A DNA stretch of 64,000 nucleotides from NCBI GenBank assembly GCA_048270185.1, contig JBLWTJ010000001.1, forward strand, positions 1,600,001 through 1,664,000, in the 5' to 3' direction. Below, in pieces: positions 1-9,271 of this stretch (positions within the stretch are counted from its first letter, which is position 1; every line of letters starts with the position of its first letter). This DNA is from Bacteriovoracaceae bacterium (lineage in GTDB: Bacteria; Bdellovibrionota; Bacteriovoracia; Bacteriovoracales; Bacteriovoracaceae). Both the position numbers and the translations under genes were made by a program. A model generated the notes under the pieces. That model saw only the letters and a program-made list of their open reading frames with translations. It did no database searches and had not been told where the DNA came from.

Positions 1-202
1 AAGATACCTCTATTATAACATTAAACAGGCCAATTTCTCACAAAGTGGGAATGCATTTAAAAATCAATAACCTATTGAAATTAAACATTATCTATTCAAT
101 TATAATAATTTTATTAATTTCAAGGATTTATCATTCGTTGAATGTTGATGGCCTATTTCTTGATGTATAATATTGAACTAGTTGGAAATTTAAGAGGAAA
201 GA

Positions 203-1780
203 ATGATTAAAGAAAAATATGACTATGTCATTGTAGGTTCTGGTTTTGGAGGTTCAGTTTCAGCACTTAGACTTGCAGAAAAAGGCTACAGTGTTCTTGT
301 TATCGAAAAAGGTAAAGACTTCAGTGATACAAGTAAGTTTCCAAAAACTAATTGGAATCTACCAAGATGGATGTGGCTGCCACAACTTAAATTCTTTGGA
401 ATACAACAATTAACATTCTTTCGTCATATCTCTGTTTTAAGTGGTGTTGGAGTTGGCGGAGGCTCACTTGTTTATGCTAATACACTTCCAAAACCTAAGT
501 CACAATTCTTTCAACATGGCCCATGGAAAGACTTAAATAACTGGGAAGAGGAACTATCTCCATTTTATGATCTTGCATGGAAAATGCTAGGAGCCCAAAA
601 CACAAAACACTATGGAGATGCAGACTATACATTTCAGGAACTAGCAAAAAGTATTGGACGTGAAGAGCATTTTGAGCCAACTAAAGTTTCAGTCTATTTT
701 GGAGAAGATGGGAAAGAAGGACAAGTGGTTGCTGATCCATATTTTGATGGAAAAGGACCAACTCGTTCAGGCTGTATCTCATGTGGTGCCTGTATGACAG
801 GGTGTCGCCATAATGCCAAAAATACTCTTGATAAAAATTATCTCTACCTAGCACGTCAACTTGGAGTTGATATTATTGCTGAAAATCAAGTCATCGATGT
901 TAAGCCTCTGGACAGAGAGAATGGGAGTACTGGCTATTCAATTACAATGAAGGAATCTACAAAATATTTTGGTAAAAAGAGAACGGTCAAATCAAAAGGC
1001 ATCATCTTCAGTGCCGGCGTTTTAGGAACAATTAATTTATTATTAGATCTTAAAAAAACATCTCTTCCAAAGCTATCACCGGCACTTGGTGATACCATTA
1101 GAACGAATAACGAAGCCCTAATTCTAAATACAACATATAAGAAAGATATCGATATGAATAAGGGTGTGGCCATTGGTTCAATTATTGATATCGATGAGCA
1201 CTCACACTTAGAACCGACACGTTATGGCTCAGGGTCAGGTTTCTGGCGAGTACTAATGGTACCAATGATATCTGAGCCCAATTTCTTTTTAAGAATGATT
1301 AAACTAGTTATTGAACCATTAAAGGACCCTATTAAGTGGCTTCGAGTTTTAACGGTTAAGGACTTTGCCAAACAAACAAATATCCATCTCTTCATGCAGC
1401 ACCTTGATAGTACACTTAAGTTTTCAAAAGGTGTTTTCGGAATGAAGTCCGAGCTTTCAACAGGAAAGGCACCAACAGCTTTCATTACAACAGCGCATGA
1501 AATGGCAAAGAAATATTGTAAGATTATTGATGGAAAGCCAATGGTACTTTTTACGGAGACAATTACAGGTATTCCTTCAACGGCCCATATTCTTGGCGGT
1601 GCTTGCATGGGAGCAACCGAAAATGAAGGTGTCATCGACAAGGATAACAAAGTCTTTAATTATGAAAATATGTATGTCTTCGATGGTTCAATGATCTCGG
1701 CCAATCCTGGTGTAAACCCCTCATTGTCCATAACAGCTATTACAGAATATGGCATGAGCAAGGTTCCGAATAAAGCATAA
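203..1780 (+). CDS. GMC-family FAD oxidoreductase, cholesterol oxidase (ChoD)-like
   Basis: N-terminal FAD motif IVGSGFGG; GVGGGSLVYAN; CISCGACMTGC; C-terminal AHILGG and NPGVNPSLSITA; RBS-like AAGAGG upstream. Confidence 0.88.
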   Translation: MIKEKYDYVIVGSGFGGSVSALRLAEKGYSVLVIEKGKDFSDTSKFPKTNWNLPRWMWLPQLKFFGIQQLTFFRHISVLSGVGVGGGSLVYANTLPKPKSQFFQHGPWKDLNNWEEELSPFYDLAWKMLGAQNTKHYGDADYTFQELAKSIGREEHFEPTKVSVYFGEDGKEGQVVADPYFDGKGPTRSGCISCGACMTGCRHNAKNTLDKNYLYLARQLGVDIIAENQVIDVKPLDRENGSTGYSITMKESTKYFGKKRTVKSKGIIFSAGVLGTINLLLDLKKTSLPKLSPALGDTIRTNNEALILNTTYKKDIDMNKGVAIGSIIDIDEHSHLEPTRYGSGSGFWRVLMVPMISEPNFFLRMIKLVIEPLKDPIKWLRVLTVKDFAKQTNIHLFMQHLDSTLKFSKGVFGMKSELSTGKAPTAFITTAHEMAKKYCKIIDGKPMVLFTETITGIPSTAHILGGACMGATENEGVIDKDNKVFNYENMYVFDGSMISANPGVNPSLSITAITEYGMSKVPNKA

Positions 1781-1842
1781 GTATCTATAATCAAACACAA
1801 ATTTGCTAGATTTAACCTTGGGTTATCTAATATAATTTAAAG

Positions 1843-2868
1843 ATGTTTAGAGGGCCCAAGGTATCAGTAATCATACCGACATATAATAGCGAGAGGACTA
1901 TTGCTGACTGTATTAATTCAGTTCTTTCACAAGATTATTCAAATATCGAGTGCATTGTTGTTAATGATGCATCAACCGATCGTACATTTGAAATTTTGAA
2001 AACTTATCCAATTAGAGTAATTAACTTAGAGCAAAATATGGGACCTAGCTTTGCTCGTAATATTGGAGTTAATGAAGCGAAAGGTAATTTCATAGCCTTT
2101 ATTGATGCTGACTGTATTGCACCTATCGATTGGGTAACAAATTTTATCAATAATTACGAAGAAGAAAATATTTGTGGAATCACTGGGCCATATATCGACA
2201 GTGCAGATGATAATGCTCTATCGGCCACAGTTGACGCATTTATTAAACACGCTCAAGAAGAGCATTCAGAGTTTATTAATAACTGTATAACATCAAATGC
2301 TTTTATTAAAAGAGAAGACTTTCTGAAAGCCGGTGGATTTCCACTCTATCAATACCCTTGGGAAAATAAGTATCGCCATGGGAATGAAGATGGAGAATTA
2401 GCCTATATTTTGATTAAGAAATATCAGAAACCTTTTCTATGGCTAAAGGACAACGGCGTTAAGCATTACCATAGAGCAACTTATATAAAACACTTTAAGC
2501 AACAACGTTTTTTAGCAGAAGCGCTATTAGTATCTTTATTATACTTCCCTGGCTCACTAATAATGAGTTGGAGAAGTATCTTTACAATTCAACGACTTCT
2601 GATTCTTATACTTTCTCCTGCTATTTTTTATATTCTGTTACAAAGGCCTTATAGCGTCTTTCTCATATTACTATTACCATTATTCCTAATGATCTTTTAC
2701 TTTTATAAGAAAAGATATAATCAAAAGATAAAGCTCTTACCTTTATTTATCTATCCATTCCTATCTGCCTTAGCATGGATAATAGGTGGAATTGAGGGCG
2801 GTATAAAATTTCTATTATCACTACCATTTTGGCTACTTAAAGATGGAAAGGTGAAAATAAATGATTAA
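1843..2868 (+). CDS. Glycosyltransferase family 2 with C-terminal transmembrane helices
   Basis: VSVIIPTYN, VVNDASTD, GPSFARN, FIDAD (DxD), NED; hydrophobic C-terminus. Confidence 0.92.
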   Translation: MFRGPKVSVIIPTYNSERTIADCINSVLSQDYSNIECIVVNDASTDRTFEILKTYPIRVINLEQNMGPSFARNIGVNEAKGNFIAFIDADCIAPIDWVTNFINNYEEENICGITGPYIDSADDNALSATVDAFIKHAQEEHSEFINNCITSNAFIKREDFLKAGGFPLYQYPWENKYRHGNEDGELAYILIKKYQKPFLWLKDNGVKHYHRATYIKHFKQQRFLAEALLVSLLYFPGSLIMSWRSIFTIQRLLILILSPAIFYILLQRPYSVFLILLLPLFLMIFYFYKKRYNQKIKLLPLFIYPFLSALAWIIGGIEGGIKFLLSLPFWLLKDGKVKIND

Positions 2869-3958
2869 GTTACTAAAGAACTTTCTCTCATTTAATAAAA
2901 CCCCTAAAGCTCCTCCTTACTTAATACATTTTGTCGAGCAGCGATGTAATGCGGTCTGCCCACATTGCTTTGTTTATTCAGATGAATATGAAGAAATAAA
3001 TTCTGGGGAAGTTCTTTCTATTAATGAAATCAGAAAAGTTTGTTCTACATTAAAGGGACATCTCTATAGTGTCATTCTAACAGGAGGTGAGCCTTTTTTA
3101 AGAAATGACTTTGAAGATATTTGTCACGCCTATCTCGATGAAGCAGATGTCAATATTTTAATAATTTGTACAAATGGATGGTTTACAGACAAAACTTTAA
3201 ATCTCGTTGAAAAGCTCTCAACACTCTACCCTAATAAATCATTTGATGTATCGATTTCTTTAGATGAGCTCGAAGATAAACACGACGAGTATAGAGGCAC
3301 AAAAGGTGGATTTCAGAGGGCATTAAAAACATATATGGGCATGATGGCCTTGAAGAAAAAGAATGTCTCTGTCCATATTAACTTAACTTCCAATCAAAAA
3401 AACAACGACAACTTAAGTAATATTTATCATTCACTTAAGTATGACTATGCGATCGAAAGTGTGAGCGTTAGCCCGGCCGCAGGCTTCGCCAAGGATAAAA
3501 AATCGTTAGAAATTGATCGCTCAAAGTATATGAACTTTATGAACTCTATTAAGTGGAATACGCTTAAAGAGAATAAAAGACATTTCGCTGGTGATATCCT
3601 TTCAGCAAAAGATCGTTATTTGAAATACACGTTAACACCGAAAATTTGGTCAAAAGGCTATCAAACTCCTTGTTATGCGGGAAGACTTGCAGGAGTTATC
3701 CACGCCGACGGAAATGTCTATCCATGTGAGCGACTCATGGCCCCAATCGGTAACCTAAAAGATTTCGATTTATCATTTCTAAATCTATGGAAAAGCCTTA
3801 GTGCTAAGAAGACACGTAACTGGATTTGGAAAAACAAATGTTCATGTGATCACGAATGCTTTATGGGGATCAATATACTATTCAATCCAGTACAACTGAC
3901 AAAGAGTTTTAAAGAGTATTTTATAATAAAGATACAAAGAATTAAAAGAATTCTCTAA
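2861..3958 (+). CDS. Radical SAM protein with SPASM domain
   Basis: CNAVCPHC, LTGGEPF, CTNG; C-terminal CYAG...GNVYPCE...CSCDHEC; overlaps the upstream GT2. Confidence 0.92.
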   Translation: MIKLLKNFLSFNKTPKAPPYLIHFVEQRCNAVCPHCFVYSDEYEEINSGEVLSINEIRKVCSTLKGHLYSVILTGGEPFLRNDFEDICHAYLDEADVNILIICTNGWFTDKTLNLVEKLSTLYPNKSFDVSISLDELEDKHDEYRGTKGGFQRALKTYMGMMALKKKNVSVHINLTSNQKNNDNLSNIYHSLKYDYAIESVSVSPAAGFAKDKKSLEIDRSKYMNFMNSIKWNTLKENKRHFAGDILSAKDRYLKYTLTPKIWSKGYQTPCYAGRLAGVIHADGNVYPCERLMAPIGNLKDFDLSFLNLWKSLSAKKTRNWIWKNKCSCDHECFMGINILFNPVQLTKSFKEYFIIKIQRIKRIL

Positions 3959-3961
3959 ATA

Positions 3962-5506
3962 CTATTTCCCATGCCAAACAACGGAATAAAGATCATGTCG
4001 ACGATCCTTTAAGTTCTTTACTGCCCCATTTTGACGGGCCTCAAGCAGTAAATCGACTCTTAGATCAGCAATGGCCACCATTTCAACATTTGGGGTTGTA
4101 TCTGCAGCTATTCCATCTAAAGCAAATGGAAAGTCACAAGGTGTTAGGATACAACTTTGTGCATATTGAATGTCGATATTATTAACACGAGGTAAGTTTC
4201 CAACATTTCCGGCCATTGCAACATAGAGCTGATTTTCAATGGCTCGAGCCTGACAACAATACTTCACACGACAATAAGCTTGTCGATTATCAGTCAAGAA
4301 TGGAACAAAGAGAATATTAACACCTTGATTTGCCAAGTGTCTTGTTAGCTCTGGAAATTCACTATCATAGCAAATCAAGACCCCAATAGGACCGCAATCT
4401 GTATCGATAACTTTAACTTCTTCACCACCTTCAATATTCCACCAGTATTTCTCATCTGGAGTTGGATGAATTTTGGCCTGTTCATGGATTTGTCCATCTC
4501 TTAAGCAAATATAACTAATATTTCTAACCTTATCTTCAACTTTAGTCGGATGAGAGCCTCCGATGATATTTACATTATACTTAACAGCTAAGCGTTGAAA
4601 TAATGCTTTCACCTGCTCTGTATAGGCTGTCATATGCTCAATTGCTACATTAGCTTCTACTTCTTCATTTTTAATTGAAAGTAGTTGCATTGTGAAAAGC
4701 TCAGGAAAAAGAACAAAATCGGCACGATAATCTGCTGTCACATCAACATAGTACTCAACTAGGTTTTCGAATTCTTCAAAGCTTTTAATTCCACGCTGTT
4801 GATACTGAACACAAACGACACGGATTGAGTTTTGTTTAAGTGGTTTATTCTTTTTTGATTGAGTTGCTTGATACTCTGGATTTCTCCATATTAAGTGAAC
4901 ACCATAACCGAGTGATTCTTTATCGGTTGGGAGGTAGTCCTTGAGAGGGCCCAGAACTTCAAATCCATTTCTAATTTGAAATTCAAGAGTTCTGTCCCTA
5001 ATCTTTTTCTCTTTAACTTGCTCAATATAGTCTTCAATTCCTTCAACTTGTTTAACTTTTTTATGAAAACTCGGGACACGGCCGACAAAGATAATTCCTT
5101 TAAGGCGCTCAAATTTAACAAGCCTTTTACGTGCATTATACAGTCTTTGTCCAATACGATGACCTCGAATATCAGGGTCGACACAAGTTTCATAACCATA
5201 GAGATATTCTCCATCTTCATCATGAGTTGAACCATAACCACCACCAGTAATACTGGCCCAAGTATGCGGCTTTAAAACATCTTTTTCTTTTAGTAGAACA
5301 CTTGCAGAATATCCTACAACCTTACCGTTTAAAGTAACAACAAAGTTGCCTTCAGGGTAATTTGTAATTTGGCCTCTAATCATTCCTTTCGTATAAGAGT
5401 CAGAAAAGCCAGAATATGACTTTTCAACTAGCTCAATTATCGCTTCAATATCTTTTGTACTAGAGAGCCTGACTTCCAGTTTCACTTGCTCTGTTTTCTT
5501 TACCAC
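3962..5506 (-). CDS. GNAT N-acetyltransferase / carbon-nitrogen hydrolase (nitrilase family) fusion
   Basis: GNAT motif A-like VDPDIRGHRIGQRLY; nitrilase triad FPELF (E), QAKIH (K), LICYDSEFPE (C); GTG start. Confidence 0.9.
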   Translation of the reverse strand: MVKKTEQVKLEVRLSSTKDIEAIIELVEKSYSGFSDSYTKGMIRGQITNYPEGNFVVTLNGKVVGYSASVLLKEKDVLKPHTWASITGGGYGSTHDEDGEYLYGYETCVDPDIRGHRIGQRLYNARKRLVKFERLKGIIFVGRVPSFHKKVKQVEGIEDYIEQVKEKKIRDRTLEFQIRNGFEVLGPLKDYLPTDKESLGYGVHLIWRNPEYQATQSKKNKPLKQNSIRVVCVQYQQRGIKSFEEFENLVEYYVDVTADYRADFVLFPELFTMQLLSIKNEEVEANVAIEHMTAYTEQVKALFQRLAVKYNVNIIGGSHPTKVEDKVRNISYICLRDGQIHEQAKIHPTPDEKYWWNIEGGEEVKVIDTDCGPIGVLICYDSEFPELTRHLANQGVNILFVPFLTDNRQAYCRVKYCCQARAIENQLYVAMAGNVGNLPRVNNIDIQYAQSCILTPCDFPFALDGIAADTTPNVEMVAIADLRVDLLLEARQNGAVKNLKDRRHDLYSVVWHGK

Positions 5507-5507
5507 T

Positions 5508-6734
5508 TTACTTACCTTTATATTTTTTCTTTATATGTGAATTAAAATATGGGACATCATATGTTCTTTTGAATGGAAACTTAGCTGTTTCTATTACTTT
5601 ATAAATATCATTCGTTAGTTTCCTAGGCATTCCAAGGTTATCTCGAAAGCCATTTTTTAGAACTTTCATACGCCGCTCTAGCATGGGGATTTCCTCGGCC
5701 CAAACATCTTCATTCCACTTCTCAAGCATAATTTTCATGATAGGCCACAGAAATTTAGTAAATCGTCCTAGCATGACATTATAGCTTATTTTGTAATGAC
5801 AGCTCTCATCACCATTTGGCTCAATTTTCACATGGGCCCAAAATGGAATTCCAAAGAGAGTTTTAGAGAAATTATAGAATGAATAATCTCCGTCTCTTAC
5901 AACCATTTCAAGTGAAGAGAGTTTAATAAATGAAAATATTGGTAATCTAAACTTAGTTGAAAAAACAAGAAAACGATCATCTTCATAGAGGACTTCTTCA
6001 CTTACGTAGCCTTTATGCATATAGTTTGTATGCTCTATGTCCATATGATTCCAGAAAACAATATGTGCAGGGTATTCTAGTTCACGAGTAAGAAACATCT
6101 TTTTAATAACTCTTTCTTTTCTCTCGCCTTTCATCGAACTCGTTAAGTCATCAATAGGTGATCTAACTGTGCGATTAACTTGAAGTTTCACTTCTTTAAG
6201 GCCTAGATTATTTACTTTTTTTCTTTCATCCACACTTTTTGGAATACCAACATTATCTCTAAAACCACTTTTTAAGACTTTAATCCTACGTTCGATTATT
6301 GGTAAGTCTTCTTCTAAAAATTTTCTATTCCAAATATTTAAAATAAATGAAAGAGGATATTTTAAAAACTTAAAAGCACCATTTAGAATAAAATTATATG
6401 ATATTTTGTAATTTGAATGCTCACTATTATCTTCACAAGGACTAATTTCAATGTGGGCCCAGCCAATAATTCCAAAGAAAGTCTTCTTATAATCAACAAG
6501 ACTATACTCACCTGTTCTAATGATATAATTAAGCTGAGTATTTGATAAGAATGGAATATATGGAATCTTCGTTCGCGTTAATAGTGTTGTGGATCGATCA
6601 GTTTCATTTAAGATTTTCGCATTAATATAATCCGGGTGAACACAAAGCAAGTGTTCGTGATCCCAATGATTCCAAAATAATACTGATGCAGGATAAGGTA
6701 CTCTTCTTGTAAAAGTTTTCTTAAAATGTGTCAT
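5508..6734 (-). CDS. Tandem duplicated SRPBCC/Bet v1-like domain resembling the Rieske oxygenase catalytic domain
   Basis: Two homologous halves: FWNHWDHEHLLCVH...EEDLPIIERRIKVLKSGFRDNVG and FWNHMDIEHTNYMH...AEEIPMLERRMKVLKNGFRDNLG; each has DxxHxxxxH. Confidence 0.7.
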   Translation of the reverse strand: MTHFKKTFTRRVPYPASVLFWNHWDHEHLLCVHPDYINAKILNETDRSTTLLTRTKIPYIPFLSNTQLNYIIRTGEYSLVDYKKTFFGIIGWAHIEISPCEDNSEHSNYKISYNFILNGAFKFLKYPLSFILNIWNRKFLEEDLPIIERRIKVLKSGFRDNVGIPKSVDERKKVNNLGLKEVKLQVNRTVRSPIDDLTSSMKGERKERVIKKMFLTRELEYPAHIVFWNHMDIEHTNYMHKGYVSEEVLYEDDRFLVFSTKFRLPIFSFIKLSSLEMVVRDGDYSFYNFSKTLFGIPFWAHVKIEPNGDESCHYKISYNVMLGRFTKFLWPIMKIMLEKWNEDVWAEEIPMLERRMKVLKNGFRDNLGMPRKLTNDIYKVIETAKFPFKRTYDVPYFNSHIKKKYKGK

Positions 6735-7048
6735 GATATTAATATAATAACATCATCGTTTTCAATTTTATTAGAATAATTAAAAAGTTTTACTTTATAG
6801 TTACGATTTACACATTCCAATGACTTAGGACAGTATTTCAGTCCATGCCACTTACATTCAATTGTCTGAGTTTTTTTGTCAAACTTAAAATCGCCACCTT
6901 GATGTGGACAAATACTTGAGAAAGTATGAACGTTATTATCTTTGTCGAGATATGCACTAACTTCATCACGAAGTTCATCAACCCACTTAGTAATGTATTG
7001 AGTCTTTTTCAATTCTGAATAGCTACAAAATCTAATCTTTACGTCCAT
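6731..7048 (-). CDS. Stand-alone Rieske [2Fe-2S] domain protein
   Basis: CPH...CKWHG Rieske ligands; ATGA overlap with the downstream gene. Confidence 0.9.
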   Translation of the reverse strand: MDVKIRFCSYSELKKTQYITKWVDELRDEVSAYLDKDNNVHTFSSICPHQGGDFKFDKKTQTIECKWHGLKYCPKSLECVNRNYKVKLFNYSNKIENDDVIILIS

Positions 7049-7191
7049 ACTGAAACTCTTTTAAATATCGCCTTTATTTCTTGGCGAAAATAAAGTGCAA
7101 AAAATCAAATTGCAGTCCTAATAGATGGAATTCCCCCATCTTACAATTATATTTATTAATTTCCTAAGTTACTATAAAATCATAGAACAAT

Positions 7192-8736
7192 ATGAAAAAT
7201 ATAGTACTTATACGCCCACCAACAGTTACCAAGAAAAGTATGATAAGTTCTGTTAATGGAACTCCTCCTCTTGCACTAGCGTACCTAAAAGGTACGATAG
7301 AAAAAGCTGGGCACAAAGTCGATATTATTGACGCTTTTGGAGAAAGCATCAATGCCATCAGAAAACTAAAAGATACCGATCTAATTATTAACGGCCTAGG
7401 AACACAGGAGATCATTGAAAGGATTCCTGATTCAATTGACGTCATCGGCATATCCTCTATGTTCTCACATGAATGGATTTATGTAAAAAAACTTATTAGT
7501 GAGTTACGAAATAAATTTCCACAGAAATTAATCATACTTGGTGGGGAACATGTAAATGCTGACTATGATTACATAGTTAAGTGTTCAGATGATATTGATA
7601 TATTTGTCTTTGGTGAAGGTGAAGAAACCATAAGTGAAATTCTAAATAAATTTGGTTCTGATTATAGTGATATTAGTGGTATCGCCTACAAAACAAAAAA
7701 TGGTTACAAAAAAAATCCAATCCGCAACCGAATAAAGAAAATTGATGAAATTGCTTGGCCAAGTTGGGAGGGGATTCCCTTAGAGAACTATTTCAAAGCG
7801 GGGCTTGGGTACACACAATATAATGCAAGAACAATTCCTATGCTTGCAACAAGAGGCTGCCCATACCAATGTACCTTTTGTTCATCAGTCAGTATGTGGA
7901 CAACTCTTTGGAATTACCGAGACCCAGAAGATGTCATAAAAGAAATTAAATACTATATCGAACGTTATCAAATCAATAGCGTCGACTTTTATGATCTAAC
8001 TTTCATTATTAACAGAAAATGGATCTTAGAATTTTGTCGAATTTTAAAAAGAGAGAAGCTTGATATAAATTGGACATTCCCTTCCGGGACAAGATCTGAA
8101 GTTTTAGACCGTGAAGTATTAGAAGCACTTAAGAGTGTCGGAATTTCTAAGATTGGCTACGCACCAGAGTCAGGATCACCAACAACAATTAAAAGAATCA
8201 AAAAGAGAGTCAATCTCGACAAAATGGTTGCTTCAATGAAGATATGCATTGAACTTGGAATTCACTGTGAAGCAACATTAATTTTCGGCTTCCCTGAACA
8301 AACAATCAAAGAAGTAATCGAAAATTACCTATTCTTAATTAGGCTAGCATGGATTGGTGTTAATGATTTAACATGTTTTCCATTTGTCCCCTATCCAGGA
8401 AGTGAACTTCACAATGATCTGACAGCAAAGAGAGAGATTATTAAGAAAGAAGGAGATTACGAACTCTTTCTTAGTAACACTTTAAATAATAATATTGCAT
8501 ACGGAAAATCTTGGTCTAGGCATATACCAAGTTTCACAATTCCATTTCTAACACTTGGCGGGATTCTCTTTTTCAATATTTTAAAATATCTCTTTAGGCC
8601 GACAAGAGTTTTTAAAAGTATCAAGAATGTTATCAAGGGAGAGCCTGTTGGCATTATCGAGCCAATTATATGGGGGCTCTATATCAATATTTTCAAGCGT
8701 AAGAAGTACTCAAAATTTGTCAAGGAGCTCGATTGA
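7192..8736 (+). CDS. Cobalamin-binding-domain radical SAM protein
   Basis: PPLALAYL, GGEH, GEGEE, TRGCPYQCTFC, ESGS, PYPGS. Confidence 0.92.
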   Translation: MKNIVLIRPPTVTKKSMISSVNGTPPLALAYLKGTIEKAGHKVDIIDAFGESINAIRKLKDTDLIINGLGTQEIIERIPDSIDVIGISSMFSHEWIYVKKLISELRNKFPQKLIILGGEHVNADYDYIVKCSDDIDIFVFGEGEETISEILNKFGSDYSDISGIAYKTKNGYKKNPIRNRIKKIDEIAWPSWEGIPLENYFKAGLGYTQYNARTIPMLATRGCPYQCTFCSSVSMWTTLWNYRDPEDVIKEIKYYIERYQINSVDFYDLTFIINRKWILEFCRILKREKLDINWTFPSGTRSEVLDREVLEALKSVGISKIGYAPESGSPTTIKRIKKRVNLDKMVASMKICIELGIHCEATLIFGFPEQTIKEVIENYLFLIRLAWIGVNDLTCFPFVPYPGSELHNDLTAKREIIKKEGDYELFLSNTLNNNIAYGKSWSRHIPSFTIPFLTLGGILFFNILKYLFRPTRVFKSIKNVIKGEPVGIIEPIIWGLYINIFKRKKYSKFVKELD

Positions 8737-9101
8737 TCTCCCCAAAAAGCTATGACGACTTTTCCAAAAGGAAGCAATTTCTTCTATTAGGCTTCATCAC
8801 TATAAATATTTATTTTGTACTTAAATACTTTAATATATCAACCTATCCAGAAGTAATCGCATCTTTAATTTTTGCATTGGCAATTAATTATGGAAAATTA
8901 AGAGAGTGTATCTGTAAGGGATGGCTAACGATCATTTATATTATTAATTTTCTAATTTCAGAAATCGTATTATTTTTAACTTATTTTTTAGTAGTGACAC
9001 CAACTGGAATCATTAGAAAGTTACTCTCGAATGAAGAGAATATTGAAAGTACATGGATCGTACGAAAAGAAAGAAATACTAACTTCAATAAACAATACTG
9101 A
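8733..9101 (+). CDS. SxtJ-family small membrane protein
   Basis: Hydrophobic; YFLVVTPTGIIRKLL and C-terminal STWI...FNKQY typical of SxtJ; upstream of an SxtK-like gene and a carbamoyltransferase. Confidence 0.7.
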   Translation: MISPKSYDDFSKRKQFLLLGFITINIYFVLKYFNISTYPEVIASLIFALAINYGKLRECICKGWLTIIYIINFLISEIVLFLTYFLVVTPTGIIRKLLSNEENIESTWIVRKERNTNFNKQY

Positions 9102-9114
9102 AAGGTTACATATA

Positions 9115-9264
9115 ATGAGTACAATTAAAGAGTTTTTTAAATTTCTAATCGAGCGTAAGAAATACTGGCTTGTACCATTCTATATTGTAATCTTTGTATT
9201 AGCGATTTTAATAGTACTACTTCCAGGATCTCAAGTAGCACCATTCATCTACAGTATCTTTTAA
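9115..9264 (+). CDS. SxtK/DUF5989-like 49-aa membrane peptide
   Basis: MSTIKEFFKFLIERKKYWLVP...SQVAPFIYSIF; start reassigned to ATG 9115 after AAGG. Confidence 0.8.
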   Translation: MSTIKEFFKFLIERKKYWLVPFYIVIFVLAILIVLLPGSQVAPFIYSIF

Positions 9265-9271
9265 GGGAATT

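Noticed and set aside
7072..7141. Hairpins CTTTATTT/AAATAAAG and AGATGG/CCATCT, and a sigma54-like TTGGC...TGCA, in the divergent gap
   Set aside because: Short AT-rich stems with no U-tract; GG-to-GC spacing is 12 rather than 10; no cobalamin riboswitch core recognised.
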